Positions 1-11,906 are shown, counted from the first letter of the whole stretch. The stretch is 63,195 bases of DNA, filler included, from Anaerolineae bacterium (GCA_029262755.1; 4 parts of 4 records of this genome joined end to end with filler, not necessarily neighbours in it), one strand, 5' to 3'. A program made the numbers and translations. The notes: generated by a model from the letters alone, not told the origin.

Positions 1-2
1 GG

Positions 3-2018
3 TCTTCGTCTTATCGCCTCTGTCAATCTTCCTCCCTCTTCATAACCCACATATCCGGGAGGAGCGCCGATAAGCCTTGCAACAGAATGCTGCTCCATAA
101 ATTCAGACATGTCTATCCTGACCATTGCATTTTCATCATCAAAGAGAAAAGATGCCAACGCCTTGCAAAGCTCTGTCTTGCCCACACCAGTTGGCCCCAG
201 AAATAGGAAAGTGCCTATCGGGCGATTTGGATCCTGCAGGCCGGCACGCGCGCGTCTGACAGCATTTGAAACAGCTTCTATCGCTTCTCCTTGCCCGACT
301 ACCCTCTCTTTTAGGCGTTCTTCCATCCTGATAAGCTTCTCCTTTTCTGCCTCCATCATTCTGGACACTGGAATTCCTGTCCATTTAGATACAACCTCGG
401 CTATATCATCAGTATCAACCTCCTCCTTGAGCAGACATCTATCTTTTTGAATATCCTGTAATCTTTCATGCAGTTTTTGAAGATCATTTTCATAATCCCT
501 CAAAAGGCTATATCTTATTTCTGCGACCTTTTCCAGATCACCGTTTCTTTGAGCTGCCTGCTCGTCTATCTTTGCCTGATCAATTTTACCATTCAAATCC
601 TGAATCTCTTTTATTACTTTTTTCTCATTCTCCCAATGCAGCCTTAATGCGCTGCCATCTTCTTTCAGTCCTGATAGCTGACGCTCCAGTTTATCCACCC
701 TCTTTTTTGATTCATCATCGGTCTCTTTTTTCAATGCTTTTTTTTCAATTTCCAGTTGAGTAACCTTCCGTTCTACTTCATCCAGTTCAGTAGGCATGCT
801 GTCTATTTCCATTCTTAACTTTGAAGCGGCTTCATCTATAAGGTCGATAGCCTTATCAGGAAGGAATCTATCAGCGATATATCTATGTGACAGTGTTGCA
901 GCTGCAACCAACGCGGAATCCTTAATCCGAACACCATGATGCAGGTCGTAACGCTCCTTCAAGCCACGGAGAATAGCTACAGTATCTTCAACAGATGGCT
1001 CACCGACATATACTGGCTGGAATCTTCTTTCCAATGCAGCATCCTTTTCAATATGTTTTCTGTATTCATCTAAAGTCGTTGCACCAATACAACGAAGTTC
1101 ACCACGAGCCAGGGCAGGCTTCAGAAGATTGGACGCGTCTACCGCTCCCTCTGCTGCTCCTGCACCAACAACCGTATGCAGCTCATCAATAAAGAGAATT
1201 GATTGCCCTTCAGACGCATCAATATCTTTTAAGACCGCCTTTAAACGGTCCTCAAACTCTCCCCTGAATTTCGAACCGGCAATCAATGCCCCCATATCCA
1301 GGGACCTCACCCTTTTGTTTTTCAGCCCTTCCGGAACATCACCGTTAACAATCCTGAGGGCCAGACCCTCTGCAATAGCCGTCTTACCTACACCCGGTTC
1401 TCCAATTAACACAGGATTGTTTTTAGTCCTGCGTGATAGCACCTGAATTACCCGCCTTATTTCATCATCACGCCCAATAACAGGGTCTAATTTACCCTTA
1501 GACGCTAACTCTACAAGATCTTTGCAGTAGCGTTCTAATGCCTGATATTTTTCCTCAGGATTCTGATCAGTGACTCTCTGGCTTCCTCTTATATCCTTCA
1601 GTGCTGCAAAAATCTCAGTTCTGTTAACTCCTGATTCTAACAGTATTTTTCCGGCAGCATTTTGTTTGTTATCTGCCAGAGATATTAGAAGATGTTCTGT
1701 GCTTACATATTCATCTTTCAATCTACCGGCTTCAACAGCGGCCTTGTTTAATATATCTTTCAATTCATTACTAATATATTGCCCCTGCACGCCACTCACC
1801 TGTGGTAACAATTCTATGGTTTTATGTGCTTTGGCAAGAACTTCATCACTATTTACCCCCAGTTTTTTCATAATAGGGACCACTACTCCCTGTTGCTGCT
1901 CAAGCAGACTAACAAGAAGATGTAAGGATTCTACCTGTTGGTGCCCTTTTGAACCTGCAAACTGCTGGGCTTCCTGTATTGCGTCCTGTGCCTTTATGGT
2001 AAATTTATCCAATCTCAT
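3..2018 (-). CDS. clpB: ATP-dependent chaperone ClpB (3' end runs off the window)
   Basis: Hand translation from ATG 2018 (GGAGG RBS upstream) gives [13 protein letters not shown]..., [25 protein letters not shown] (Walker A1), a coiled-coil middle domain and [10 protein letters not shown] (Walker A2). Absent from the ORF track because there is no stop in the window. Confidence 0.95.
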   Translation of the reverse strand, partial: MRLDKFTIKAQDAIQEAQQFAGSKGHQQVESLHLLVSLLEQQQGVVVPIMKKLGVNSDEVLAKAHKTIELLPQVSGVQGQYISNELKDILNKAAVEAGRLKDEYVSTEHLLISLADNKQNAAGKILLESGVNRTEIFAALKDIRGSQRVTDQNPEEKYQALERYCKDLVELASKGKLDPVIGRDDEIRRVIQVLSRRTKNNPVLIGEPGVGKTAIAEGLALRIVNGDVPEGLKNKRVRSLDMGALIAGSKFRGEFEDRLKAVLKDIDASEGQSILFIDELHTVVGAGAAEGAVDASNLLKPALARGELRCIGATTLDEYRKHIEKDAALERRFQPVYVGEPSVEDTVAILRGLKERYDLHHGVRIKDSALVAAATLSHRYIADRFLPDKAIDLIDEAASKLRMEIDSMPTELDEVERKVTQLEIEKKALKKETDDESKKRVDKLERQLSGLKEDGSALRLHWENEKKVIKEIQDLNGKIDQAKIDEQAAQRNGDLEKVAEIRYSLLRDYENDLQKLHERLQDIQKDRCLLKEEVDTDDIAEVVSKWTGIPVSRMMEAEKEKLIRMEERLKERVVGQGEAIEAVSNAVRRARAGLQDPNRPIGTFLFLGPTGVGKTELCKALASFLFDDENAMVRIDMSEFMEQHSVARLIGAPPGYVGYEEGGRLTEAIRRR

Positions 2019-2043
2019 TTCGTTATCCTCCAACGGTTAAAAC

Positions 2044-2073
2044 AAAAAAAGCCGGGCTAAACCCGGCTTTTTT
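2044..2073. terminator. Bidirectional intrinsic terminator between dnaK and clpB
   Basis: AAAAAAA-GCCGGG-CTAAA-CCCGGC-TTTTTT: perfect stem with A and T tracts on either side. Confidence 0.85.
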
Positions 2074-2128
2074 CTTACTATCAATACTAGCAATTTTCCG
2101 CATCTATGTGGAATAGAATCATTATATC

Positions 2129-4072
2129 TTATTCCTTTACCTCATAATCGGCATCAATAACATCGTCACCTTCTTTACCCTTTTTAGAATCTTTTTCGTC
2201 TGAAGACTTTTCTCCGCCAGAAGGTTCTTCGGTTGTCGCTTCCGCACCAGCGGCCGCCTGTTGCTCTTTGGCTGCTGCTTCATACATAGCCTGCGACAAT
2301 TTGTGAGAAGACTCCTGAAGTTCATCTATAGCCTTCTTGATTTCATCAACATTCTTTCCTTCTTTCGCTTTCTTCAGTTTTTCCAGTCCCTGGTTTATGT
2401 TGTTCTTCTCCGCCTCATCAACCTTATCGCCATGTTCTTTCAGGGTGTTTTCGGTCGAGTAAATTACCTGATCAGCCTGGTTAAGCACATCTATTACTTC
2501 CCTGTTCTTTTTGTCTTCTTCAGCATGCAGCTCAGCTTCCTTCTGCATCTTCTCTACTTCTTCGTCAGATAAACCGGAAGAAGATTTTATCTGAATAGAT
2601 TGCTCTTTACCGGTTCCGAGATCTTTAGCTGACACATGAAGAATACCATTCGCATCAATATCAAAAGAAACCTCAATTTGCGGAACACCTCTGGGAGCTG
2701 ATGGAATTCCGGTTAATTGGAAGCGACCGAGTGTACGATTATCGGTAGCCATTGAACGTTCACCCTGTATTACATGTATGTCTACTGCCGTCTGATTATC
2801 CGCGGCAGTTGAGAATATTTCCTTTTTGTTAGTAGGTATAGTGGTATTACGAGGAATCAGAACAGTACAAACACTGCCCAATGTTTCAATACCTAATGAA
2901 AGCGGAGTAACATCCAACAGCAAGACATCATGAACTTCACCCGCAAGAACTGCTCCCTGAATTGCGGCACCCAATGCAACAACTTCATCAGGATTTACAC
3001 TTTTATTCGGTTCTTTTTTAAAGACCTCTTGTACCAGTTTTTGAACAATTGGAGACCTTGTTGTTCCGCCAACGAGTATTACCTCGTTTATATCACCGGA
3101 GCTGACTTTCGCATCTTGCATAGCAAGTTCACATGGTTTACGGCATTTTTCAACAAGATTACCTATCAGTTGTTCAAACTTTGCCCTTGTTAAACTCATC
3201 GTTAAATGTTTTGGTCCCGCCTGGTCTGCTGTTATAAAAGGGAGATTAATCTCAGCGGTTGTCGAAGTTGAAAGTTCACATTTCGCCTTTTCTGCCGCTT
3301 CTCTGAGACGCTGCAGAGCCATGTGATCCTGCCGGAGTTCAATACCCTGCTCTTTTTTAAACTCGTCAGCAATATAGTTCAATAGTACCTGATCGATATC
3401 GTCACCACCAAGATGTGTGTTACCATTTGTAGAAAGAACCTCAAAAACACCTTCACCAACTTCCAGAATTGAAACATCAAATGTTCCACCACCAAGATCA
3501 AAAACAGCTATTTTTTCGTTTTTCTTTTTATCAATGCCATATGCTAAAGAGGCAGCAGTAGGTTCATTGATAATACGAACTACATCCAAACCCGCTATTG
3601 ATCCGGCATCTTTTGTTGCCTGTCTCTGACTGTCATTAAAATAAGCAGGAACCGTAACCACGGCTTTCTTGACTTCGGTACCCACATAATCTTCAGCCGT
3701 TTTCTTAAGATTTTGAAGCACCATAGCGGATATCTCGGGAGGAGTAAAACTTTTTCCTCTTGCTTCCACCTTTACTAATTCTTCAGGTCCGCCAGCTATT
3801 TCGTACGGTACCAGTTTTTCTTCCTCTCCAACTTCATTATGTCTCCTGCCCATAAAACGTTTAATGGAAAATACCGTGTTTTTCGGATTTATAACTGCCT
3901 GCCGCTTGGCAAGCTGCCCAACCAAACGCTCATCCTTATCAGTAAACGCTACAACAGAAGGAGTAATCCTGTTTCCTTCGGAATTTGTAATTACTTTGGG
4001 CTGATCGCCTTCCATTATGGCAACCACAGAATTAGTAGTTCCCAAGTCTATACCAATGATTTTTTCCATCAA
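2129..4072 (-). CDS. dnaK: Molecular chaperone DnaK (Hsp70)
   Basis: [21 protein letters not shown] and EVILVGG motifs; DADYEVKE tail; AGGAG RBS (true start may be ATG 4069). Confidence 0.98.
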   Translation of the reverse strand: MMEKIIGIDLGTTNSVVAIMEGDQPKVITNSEGNRITPSVVAFTDKDERLVGQLAKRQAVINPKNTVFSIKRFMGRRHNEVGEEEKLVPYEIAGGPEELVKVEARGKSFTPPEISAMVLQNLKKTAEDYVGTEVKKAVVTVPAYFNDSQRQATKDAGSIAGLDVVRIINEPTAASLAYGIDKKKNEKIAVFDLGGGTFDVSILEVGEGVFEVLSTNGNTHLGGDDIDQVLLNYIADEFKKEQGIELRQDHMALQRLREAAEKAKCELSTSTTAEINLPFITADQAGPKHLTMSLTRAKFEQLIGNLVEKCRKPCELAMQDAKVSSGDINEVILVGGTTRSPIVQKLVQEVFKKEPNKSVNPDEVVALGAAIQGAVLAGEVHDVLLLDVTPLSLGIETLGSVCTVLIPRNTTIPTNKKEIFSTAADNQTAVDIHVIQGERSMATDNRTLGRFQLTGIPSAPRGVPQIEVSFDIDANGILHVSAKDLGTGKEQSIQIKSSSGLSDEEVEKMQKEAELHAEEDKKNREVIDVLNQADQVIYSTENTLKEHGDKVDEAEKNNINQGLEKLKKAKEGKNVDEIKKAIDELQESSHKLSQAMYEAAAKEQQAAAGAEATTEEPSGGEKSSDEKDSKKGKEGDDVIDADYEVKE

Positions 4073-4219
4073 ATTCTCCTTAAAATATTAAATTCAATAC
4101 TTTCGCTTAGTCAGATTGATAATTGTTTTATTTTTTTCTCAAAGAAGATTCTGCCTGCCTTATTTGTGCCAGACATAACAAGTTGAACTTTAACCAGTAA
4201 AACCTTCTGACAAAGTTAG

Positions 4220-4235
4220 AGCAAACTATATACCA
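4220..4235 (-). promoter_or_regulatory. Sigma54 (-24/-12) type promoter for dnaK
   Basis: Minus strand TGGTATATAGTTTGCT has the exact GG-N10-GC spacing of the TGGCAC-N5-TTGCW consensus, about 150 nt upstream of dnaK. Confidence 0.6.
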
Positions 4236-4445
4236 TATTTCCTGCAAACATTATAAACATTTGTATTGCAAGTACTTATAACAAACCTTACAATTTATCT
4301 ATACAAACTTCTGCCTTTTCCACAGACATATTATGCCATAATGGCAGATTCTTGTTAAAACCAGAAATGACATGACAAACAAAATTTGCGGAAAAAAGTT
4401 TTGGTAGGATTAAGATCAGATTTCCAGAGTATTAATGTGCAGACT

Positions 4446-5243
4446 TTAGCACATATCCCCTAAAGCATCTTGCATATTATAGAAACCGGGTGGTTTTCCC
4501 GCTAAAAATTTTGCAGCTCGAATGGCACCCAAGGCAAAAGAATCTCGCGTTTGTGCTTTATGGACCAATTCGAGACGTTCTCCAGCGTTACAAAAAGTTA
4601 CCGTATGTTCCCCTACAATATCACCGGACCGAATTGAATGTATACAGATTTGATCTTGTGGTCTTTCTTCGGAAAGGCCTTTACGCCCGTAAATTACGAC
4701 ATCATCCATTTCCCGATTTGTTGCAGAACATATTTTTTCTGCAAGCTTCAAAGCGGTACCACTCGGTGCGTCTTTCTTATAACGGTGATGTGATTCAATT
4801 ATTTCTATATCAGATTCTTCACCCAGAATTTTCGACACAGATTCAACAAGATTGAAAAGCAAATTTACACCAACACTCATGTTTGGTGAAAAAAGGCATG
4901 GTATTGTTTGAGATGCATTTTTAATCTGCTCCATTTGTTCACTGTTAAGGCCAGTAGTTCCTATCACCATGGCAATTCCTTTATCAGTACAAGCTTTCAG
5001 TCTGTTCATTGTTGAATCCGGAGATGTAAAATCTATTAATACATCAGATGAACCATTAAGTTCATCTGATATTATCACATTATTGTGCCCTCGGCTGATT
5101 ATAGAACTTAAATCCTTTCCGATATGTTGATGACCTTGCATTTCAAGAGCAGTCACTAACTTTAAATTCTTGTCTTCTGCTACTAGCGTCGCAATCCTTA
5201 AACCCATTCTTCCACATACACCGTTTATTGCTAAATTAACCAT
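4446..5243 (-). CDS. dapB: 4-hydroxy-tetrahydrodipicolinate reductase
   Basis: GVCGRMG, IGTTG and ESHHRYKKDAPSGTA signatures. Confidence 0.97.
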   Translation of the reverse strand: MVNLAINGVCGRMGLRIATLVAEDKNLKLVTALEMQGHQHIGKDLSSIISRGHNNVIISDELNGSSDVLIDFTSPDSTMNRLKACTDKGIAMVIGTTGLNSEQMEQIKNASQTIPCLFSPNMSVGVNLLFNLVESVSKILGEESDIEIIESHHRYKKDAPSGTALKLAEKICSATNREMDDVVIYGRKGLSEERPQDQICIHSIRSGDIVGEHTVTFCNAGERLELVHKAQTRDSFALGAIRAAKFLAGKPPGFYNMQDALGDMC

Positions 5244-5525
5244 TATATAATCAGCTTTCTTTTTTTTGAAAAATGTTTGTAACTAACAAGGTAAAATACC
5301 ATTGTGGATGCCTCACATATATAAAATTCCTGCTGGAGCAAAACCCGTTTATCCATACAGACTCCTGCCAGAAAAACCTATTATGTGGATAAACTAATCG
5401 AAACATCGGTTCAAAAAGACAAGATGAATTATTCGGAAGTGTTCAAAATGAATCTTGTAATGATATATCCACTTGAACGGAACTAGCATAGACGAAATAT
5501 CTGATTTTTACTAATAGAGCACCTA

Positions 5526-6419
5526 CTATTTATCACGTGGTCTTCTATATCTTTTGCTTGCGTTTCTAAGAAAGCCCCTCTCTCTCCGTGTCAGACTTTT
5601 CATGCCTCCCCTGTTCACTTTATCTAACAAAATATCAACCTGTCTTTTAATATCCTCCTCTTTTTTATATTCTTTTTCCTGTTGTTGTGCCTGCCACGAC
5701 AGAAGAGAACTGCTAAATCTGGGTTCGTAACGAATGAACAGAAAACCATAAATGAGCCCTCCAAGATGCGCAAAATGCGCAGTATTACCACTTGCTGGCA
5801 TAATACAACTGATAACGGTAATACCGGCAAAAATCATTACAAGATATTTTGCCTTTATTGGGAATATGTAAAAAACTACCGTAGTGTTAGGAAAGAACAT
5901 AGCAAACGCAATTTCAACGGCAAAAATTGCACCTGAAGCTCCAATGATTGGACTATTAGGAGTAAACAGACAGCAAAATATACCTGCAAAAATGCCTGCG
6001 GTAAAGTACATAGCCAGGAACTTCCTTGTACCCATTGCCCTTTCAACTTCACTACCGAACATCCATAGCACAAGCATATTGAATATTATATGCCATGGGC
6101 TGGATACACTATGAAGAAACATGTACGTTACAAACTGCCATAACCACAACTTTCCTATAGCGAGAGGTTGATAAAGCCAGAAAATAGTAGTAAATTTGTC
6201 TGGCCCCAAAATTAACTGCGGAGCCACACCTCCTATATCTGTTCCGGAAGATATCCCACCCCATTGTGAACTAATAGTGGAAAACAGAAGCTGGACGACA
6301 AAGACACTGACATTTACAATTATCAGTATCATTATAGCCCTTGACCATTTACTTCCTATTGATAAACCAAACCCCGGCCCCGGTTTGTAGTAACTATCAT
6401 TGTAGTTTGCCATTTTCAA
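5526..6419 (-). CDS. Rhomboid family intramembrane serine protease with C-terminal soluble extension (DUF6576-like)
   Basis: WQFVTYMFLH, HIIFNM, GASGA (Ser) and AHLGG (His); VDILLDKVNRGGMKSLT tail. Confidence 0.9.
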   Translation of the reverse strand: MKMANYNDSYYKPGPGFGLSIGSKWSRAIMILIIVNVSVFVVQLLFSTISSQWGGISSGTDIGGVAPQLILGPDKFTTIFWLYQPLAIGKLWLWQFVTYMFLHSVSSPWHIIFNMLVLWMFGSEVERAMGTRKFLAMYFTAGIFAGIFCCLFTPNSPIIGASGAIFAVEIAFAMFFPNTTVVFYIFPIKAKYLVMIFAGITVISCIMPASGNTAHFAHLGGLIYGFLFIRYEPRFSSSLLSWQAQQQEKEYKKEEDIKRQVDILLDKVNRGGMKSLTRRERGFLRNASKRYRRPRDK

Positions 6420-6575
6420 TTAGAACTACTATTTTGAAAACTTATAACTCATTGAATACAATAACCATATCGCAGATTAAGCTGAACTTTTACTATAACT
6501 AATTCAATAAAAATGTCAAGATTGTTCTCTACTGTTTTGCGAATTGAAATGTTACATATTTCCCTGTCAAATTGA

Positions 6576-8189
6576 TTATTGTTTAAGTATTTTTCTAAAT
6601 AGAAACGCGCTTAAAATGAGATTAACAACATTTGCTCCCCAGACTGAAGGAATAATAGGAAAACTCATGCTTTCTGCTACAACTAAACCCGTTGCCACCA
6701 GTGGATAGTAAATGAAAAGTATCAAAATAAAACTTATCCCCAAACTGACCAGCATGTTACTGCTTCTTGTCATTATACCTAATGGAATACCTATCAATAT
6801 AAACGAAAGACTTGCAAGGGAGGGAGATATTCTCTTGTGTATATTTATTGATAATTCACGTTTCATTTCCTGCTTTTCAGTCATTGCAATTTGTCCAGCA
6901 AAAACTAAGTTCTCTTTCTCCAGTTCTTCTTTACTTCTGTTAAGTTCCTCAATCTCCAGAGTTACTTTCTCAATTTTTTTGTTCGCTTCGTTTATTAATC
7001 TTTGAGAAATTAATATCTTTCTCTTTGCGATCTTAATTCTTCGTTGTTCTTTCTCTATTATCTTTTTAATTAACGAAATATTTCTAGCAAACTCCTCTTC
7101 CCTCTCACGTTCTTGTCCTAATGTTTCTATATCTTCTTCACTTTCCTTTTCTAGAGCTAACTTCCTGATATTCTCTTTTGCCACATTAATATAATTCTCG
7201 TAGATATTAAGATTAAACTTCCCACGTTTTATCGCCCCCTCATGCTTTGAAATATTGGATCCTGAATCCTTTATTTCCTTTTCAGCTTTTTGCAGTTTCG
7301 CTTCAATGACACTCTTTTTATCCTCAATCGACGAAATCCCTCTTCTTGCACGTTTGACAGTTTTTCCAGGATCTTTAGGCAATCTGCCTAAACGGCTTAA
7401 CTCATTATTAATTTCTCCTCTTTGTTCAATAAGACTTGTTAATGTAGTATATTTAAGCGCCGAATGGCGTACTCTTTGCTTTAATGGAATCGCAAATACT
7501 GCTTCCTCGAAACTCCCCGTTGTAGGAGAATCAACACTATTACCAGAATCCGGTTTAAGAAATTCTCCACGCCTCAATGTTAATAATACCTTATTTCCGT
7601 CATCATCTATCTCTATTTCTCCCTCCTCCGCCAAAAGAATACTAACTATAAGCTCACCTTCATATTCAAAAACAGCAATGTCTTTAAAATTGCTGCTTTC
7701 CACCGTACCTATAAAGATCTGGTATGGATAAAAATCAATCTTCTTCTTAGCCGTAATAAAGTGTGTAGCAAGAACTCGTTTAACTGCCTTTTCTTGAAGT
7801 TGCCTCACCTTAAAATACGATTTTGGCAAGATTTCAGCATTAAGATACAAGGCCAATATACTAAAGAATACTCCTACAATGATAACGGGTGTAACCAGAT
7901 TGTGAAGATGTATCCCGGCTACTTTAATTGCCGTAATCTCGTTATCAGCACTCAGTCTTCCATAAGACATAACAGTCGCAGTAAGCAATGAAGTAGGTAA
8001 AGCATGCGGTAAAGTGTATAGAGCCATATAAGGTAAAACCGAGAAAAGGCTTGGAACATCAAGCCCTTTATGGAGCAATTGTATGGAAAACCCCAATAGT
8101 AGCACAAATTCAAAACATAACAGTGATGGCAAGAATGTCCTGAATAACTCCTTTACTAAATACTTATGTAATATTTGTATATTCATCAA
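6576..8189 (-). CDS. LptF/LptG family LPS export permease with long coiled-coil insertion
   Basis: YGRLSADNEITAIKVAGI motif, three N-terminal and three C-terminal TM segments, ELSINIHKRISPSLASL motif; about 190 aa K/E/I-rich insert. Confidence 0.85.
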   Translation of the reverse strand: MMNIQILHKYLVKELFRTFLPSLLCFEFVLLLGFSIQLLHKGLDVPSLFSVLPYMALYTLPHALPTSLLTATVMSYGRLSADNEITAIKVAGIHLHNLVTPVIIVGVFFSILALYLNAEILPKSYFKVRQLQEKAVKRVLATHFITAKKKIDFYPYQIFIGTVESSNFKDIAVFEYEGELIVSILLAEEGEIEIDDDGNKVLLTLRRGEFLKPDSGNSVDSPTTGSFEEAVFAIPLKQRVRHSALKYTTLTSLIEQRGEINNELSRLGRLPKDPGKTVKRARRGISSIEDKKSVIEAKLQKAEKEIKDSGSNISKHEGAIKRGKFNLNIYENYINVAKENIRKLALEKESEEDIETLGQEREREEEFARNISLIKKIIEKEQRRIKIAKRKILISQRLINEANKKIEKVTLEIEELNRSKEELEKENLVFAGQIAMTEKQEMKRELSINIHKRISPSLASLSFILIGIPLGIMTRSSNMLVSLGISFILILFIYYPLVATGLVVAESMSFPIIPSVWGANVVNLILSAFLFRKILKQ

Positions 8190-8323
8190 ATTTGCGAAAT
8201 AATCTTCTGTAACGTAAGATGCTAAATTTAAAGATCTTAAGGATGATTATATCTATCCTGCTTCGAATAGGTCAATAACAAATATTTAACCGTTAATCTG
8301 CTGCTGAAGACGCAATCTTTTTA

Positions 8324-8351
8324 TTGACAAAAGGCTTATGTATGATAACAT
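8324..8351 (+). promoter_or_regulatory. Putative sigma70 promoter for the msbA-like gene
   Basis: TTGACA, 16 nt spacer, TG-a-TAACAT. Confidence 0.4.
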
Positions 8352-8407
8352 CATTTTCCAAATCAGCACGTAGTTTGTAAATATAACTAGTTAAAGAGTA
8401 TAGCTAT

Positions 8408-10279
8408 ATGTCTAAGAACAACAACACGATAAGAGAATGCGGCAGACTGTTTTCATACGCAAAACCGCATTGGAAGATGTTTTTTCTAACCCTGCTCTGC
8501 ATGGGACTTTTCACACTATTCATTGGTGCACAATTAGCATTAATTAAGCCCGTGATAGATCGCTTAATAAAGGGAGAAATAACCAAGTCTACATCCAGGA
8601 TGGACAGCATTCAAAAGAAAAATAACTCCGCAGATATAATCAGTAGTATAAAACGAAAAACTGTTTCCAGAGTAAAAAGAGTAACTTTTATATCAAAGTT
8701 TGAAAAATTATCTAGCTCGTTTACTTTCATAGGTGTGCTTATCGCAATTATGGCTCCATTCATTTTTGCCTTTAATTATTTTCAAACATACCTGAAGAAT
8801 CATGTCATGTGGAGTGTCCTCATGGACATACGCAATCATCTATGCGAACATATCCTACCACAATCGCTTAGTTACTTTGAGAACAGAAAGAGTGGAGAAC
8901 TGATTTCCAGACTTACTAATGACATTAACGCAACACAATTCGGACTTTCGATCCTGTTTGATAGTATTCTCCTTCAGCCTATGCGCCTGGTATGCGGATT
9001 CGGGCTTGCATTCTATTTCAGCTGGAAGCTTTCAATGTTCACATTTATATTTTTGCCCATTATCGTTATCCCGGTTCTGGTATTTGGGCGCAAAATAAAG
9101 AAATATGGAAGAAGAAGTTTAACGCATTTAGGAGAGCTGACAGATGCAATGAGAGAAATGTTTTCTGGGATAAGAACGGTAAAAGCCTTTAAAATGGAAG
9201 ACGAAGAGTTCATAGAATTCAAAACAATAAATTCAAGATTCTTTAAAAGAATGATGCAAACGGTTAAGGCAAAGGCTTTAAATGCGAGCACTACAGAGTT
9301 TATCTATTCTCTGGGATTAGCCGCCGTAATCATCGTTGGAGGTTACGTCATTTCATCCAAGACAATCTCTCCGGGCTCACTGGGAGGATTTGTCACTGTA
9401 ACAGCATTTTTGGTACTTACATCAATAAAGAAGCTGGCTAAAAGCTATGGAAAACTTCAGGAATCTCTGTCTGGTGCCAGCAGGGTTTTTGAGCTACTGG
9501 ATCAACATCCAACAATTACAGATAATCCAGATGCGATAGAACTGAAGGAAATTAATAATGAAATTGCATTCAAGAACGTGAACTTCGCATACGATACAAT
9601 TCCTGTCCTCAAAGATATTAATCTGACCGTACAGAAAGGACAGATTATTGCTATTGTAGGTGAAAGCGGTGCAGGCAAATCAACGCTGCTCGACCTTGTT
9701 CCGCGCTTTTATGATACTACAAATGGAAGTATTGAAATAGACGGTACAGATATTCGCTTAATAAAACGCGATTCGCTCCTTGATCAGATTGCAATTGTCA
9801 GTCAGCAAACCTTCCTATTCAACAGAAGCTTTAAAGAAAATATTCTGTATGGAAGAAGAGATGCAAACAAAGAAGAGGTACAAGATGCTGCCAAAGCAGC
9901 TAACATACACAATTTTATCACAAACCTTCCAAAAGGTTATGATACCGTAGTAGGAGAGCAAGGTGTAAAACTCTCAGGCGGACAAAAACAGAGGGTAACC
10001 ATAGCGAGAGCAATACTGAAAAATGCGCCTATCTTAATTTTGGATGAGGCGACTTCATCTCTCGATTCTGGATCTGAAAAGCTTGTCCAGAAAGCATTGG
10101 ACAATTTAATGAAAGACAAGACAACTTTCGTTATCGCGCATCGCCTCTCAACTATACGTCATGCAGACCGAATTATCGTCCTAAAAAGAGGTTGTATCGT
10201 TGAGGCTGGAACACATGATGAACTCATAGGCAAAGAGAGTGAGTACAAAAAACAATATAAAATCCAGTTTAATACATAA
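8408..10279 (+). CDS. MsbA-like ABC exporter (TMD+NBD)
   Basis: GESGAGKST Walker A, LSGGQKQR signature, ILILDEATS; next to LPS genes. Confidence 0.9.
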   Translation: MSKNNNTIRECGRLFSYAKPHWKMFFLTLLCMGLFTLFIGAQLALIKPVIDRLIKGEITKSTSRMDSIQKKNNSADIISSIKRKTVSRVKRVTFISKFEKLSSSFTFIGVLIAIMAPFIFAFNYFQTYLKNHVMWSVLMDIRNHLCEHILPQSLSYFENRKSGELISRLTNDINATQFGLSILFDSILLQPMRLVCGFGLAFYFSWKLSMFTFIFLPIIVIPVLVFGRKIKKYGRRSLTHLGELTDAMREMFSGIRTVKAFKMEDEEFIEFKTINSRFFKRMMQTVKAKALNASTTEFIYSLGLAAVIIVGGYVISSKTISPGSLGGFVTVTAFLVLTSIKKLAKSYGKLQESLSGASRVFELLDQHPTITDNPDAIELKEINNEIAFKNVNFAYDTIPVLKDINLTVQKGQIIAIVGESGAGKSTLLDLVPRFYDTTNGSIEIDGTDIRLIKRDSLLDQIAIVSQQTFLFNRSFKENILYGRRDANKEEVQDAAKAANIHNFITNLPKGYDTVVGEQGVKLSGGQKQRVTIARAILKNAPILILDEATSSLDSGSEKLVQKALDNLMKDKTTFVIAHRLSTIRHADRIIVLKRGCIVEAGTHDELIGKESEYKKQYKIQFNT

Positions 10280-10311
10280 ACCAACTCACATCCTGTACTA
10301 ATTTAAATACA

Positions 10312-11172
10312 ATGAAAATACTTATCACAGGATCAAACGGGATGCTTGGAACAGATCTCGTTGATCTGCTTATGGACAGGAAGGCTTCACTTTACCCTAA
10401 TGTGGAAGTCATAGAGGCCCCACACGAAGTGCTAGATATCACACAAGAAGATAATGTAACAGCCTTTATCTCCACACACACACCAGACGTTATTGTTAAT
10501 TGTGCAGCATTTACAAACGTTGATAAATGCGAGACGGAAAGAGAAGCGGCATCCAATGTTAATTCCATGGGGCCAAAATACATCGCTACTGCCGCAAAAG
10601 AATGTGGTGCCAGAGTTATTCATATCAGCACTGATTTTGTCTTCGACGGAAACAGTAATAGACCTTATGCAGAAGAAGACCAAACCAATCCATTGTCAGA
10701 ATATGGCAGGACAAAGCTTGAAGGTGAAAAAAATATACAAAGCCACTGCAATTCGTATCTTATAGTAAGGACTTCATGGTTATTCGGACATAATGGAATC
10801 AACTTCGCTACAAAAATGCTTGAGTTGGCAGAGCACAAAAAAGAACTGTCCATTGTTACCGACGAAATAGTATCTCCAACGTATACTCCTGACCTCGCCG
10901 GGGCACTGTGGACATTAATAAAGCAGGAATGTGAAGGTGTTATCAACGTCTCTAATGACGGTAGCTGTTCACTATATGAATGGGCAAAGTATATTCTTAA
11001 AACGATGGGCTACAAAATTAAAATTAACCCGATAAAATTATCCGAATATAAGCGCCCGGCTAAGGTCCCCCTGAATTCAACCCTGAACTGTCAAAAGTTT
11101 ACCACAATTACCGGAATGCGAATGAGATCGTGGAAAGAAGCAGTAAAGTCATATTTGGAAATACAAAAATAA
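10312..11172 (+). CDS. rfbD: dTDP-4-dehydrorhamnose reductase
   Basis: GSNGMLG, NCAAFTNVD, HISTDFVFDG and YGRTK motifs. Confidence 0.93.
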   Translation: MKILITGSNGMLGTDLVDLLMDRKASLYPNVEVIEAPHEVLDITQEDNVTAFISTHTPDVIVNCAAFTNVDKCETEREAASNVNSMGPKYIATAAKECGARVIHISTDFVFDGNSNRPYAEEDQTNPLSEYGRTKLEGEKNIQSHCNSYLIVRTSWLFGHNGINFATKMLELAEHKKELSIVTDEIVSPTYTPDLAGALWTLIKQECEGVINVSNDGSCSLYEWAKYILKTMGYKIKINPIKLSEYKRPAKVPLNSTLNCQKFTTITGMRMRSWKEAVKSYLEIQK

Positions 11173-11261
11173 CTCGTTTTTTCTCATTCCCACTTGATTA
11201 AAATCCTTCCTCCCTCTCCTTAATGCACTATGCTATTTAACTATTATCTGATCATAAAACT

Positions 11262-11900
11262 CTACAACTGAAGACCTGAACCATTTGCATTAAAATTGTT
11301 AACCGCATCTTCAGAATGTTCGTGGTATGTCAACGCGCTTAAAACATCAAAAGGCAGAGTTAAGTGGTCAGCACCGGCCAGAATAGCCGAACTTGCCTCC
11401 ATCGGTGACTTGAGACTGGCAGCAAGTATCTGTGTCTGGCTTCCATGGAGTACTCTGCTGATTTCTGTAATGAGGGATAGTCCGTCCCCTAACAATTTTG
11501 TTGCCCTGCTGACATAAACAGCTATGTACCGAACACCTGCCTCTCTGGCAACTAAAGCCTGTGCAGCACTGTAAATGGCCGTAATGCAGCATGGAACATC
11601 CGGTGGAAGATACTGGATTATTTGAAATCCCAGCTTTGTTGGAGGAATTTTGAGTACCAACTGTTCTCCTGCAATTACCTTTGCAATTTTTGCTTCTTTC
11701 AGCATGTCTTCTTTACACGTAGCTATAAGCTGGTAAAATAATAAACCCGTATTCAGTTCTGTAAGCTGTTGCAGTGTATCAGCAGCAGAAGAACCGGAGT
11801 TTGCCAGGAGGATTGGGTTAGTAGTAATTCCATGGATCCAGCCTGATGCTTTCGCTGCTTTTGCCTGTTCAACATCTGCTGTATCTATAAATATTGACAT
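11262..11900 (-). CDS. Transaldolase / fructose-6-phosphate aldolase family protein
   Basis: IFIDTA, GITTNP, VLKIP and ILAASLK motifs. Confidence 0.88.
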   Translation of the reverse strand: MSIFIDTADVEQAKAAKASGWIHGITTNPILLANSGSSAADTLQQLTELNTGLLFYQLIATCKEDMLKEAKIAKVIAGEQLVLKIPPTKLGFQIIQYLPPDVPCCITAIYSAAQALVAREAGVRYIAVYVSRATKLLGDGLSLITEISRVLHGSQTQILAASLKSPMEASSAILAGADHLTLPFDVLSALTYHEHSEDAVNNFNANGSGLQL

Positions 11901-11906
11901 ATTTTC

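Noticed and set aside
4073..4445. CIRCE/HrcA operator upstream of dnaK
   Set aside because: No TTAGCACTC-N9-GAGTGCTAA match found
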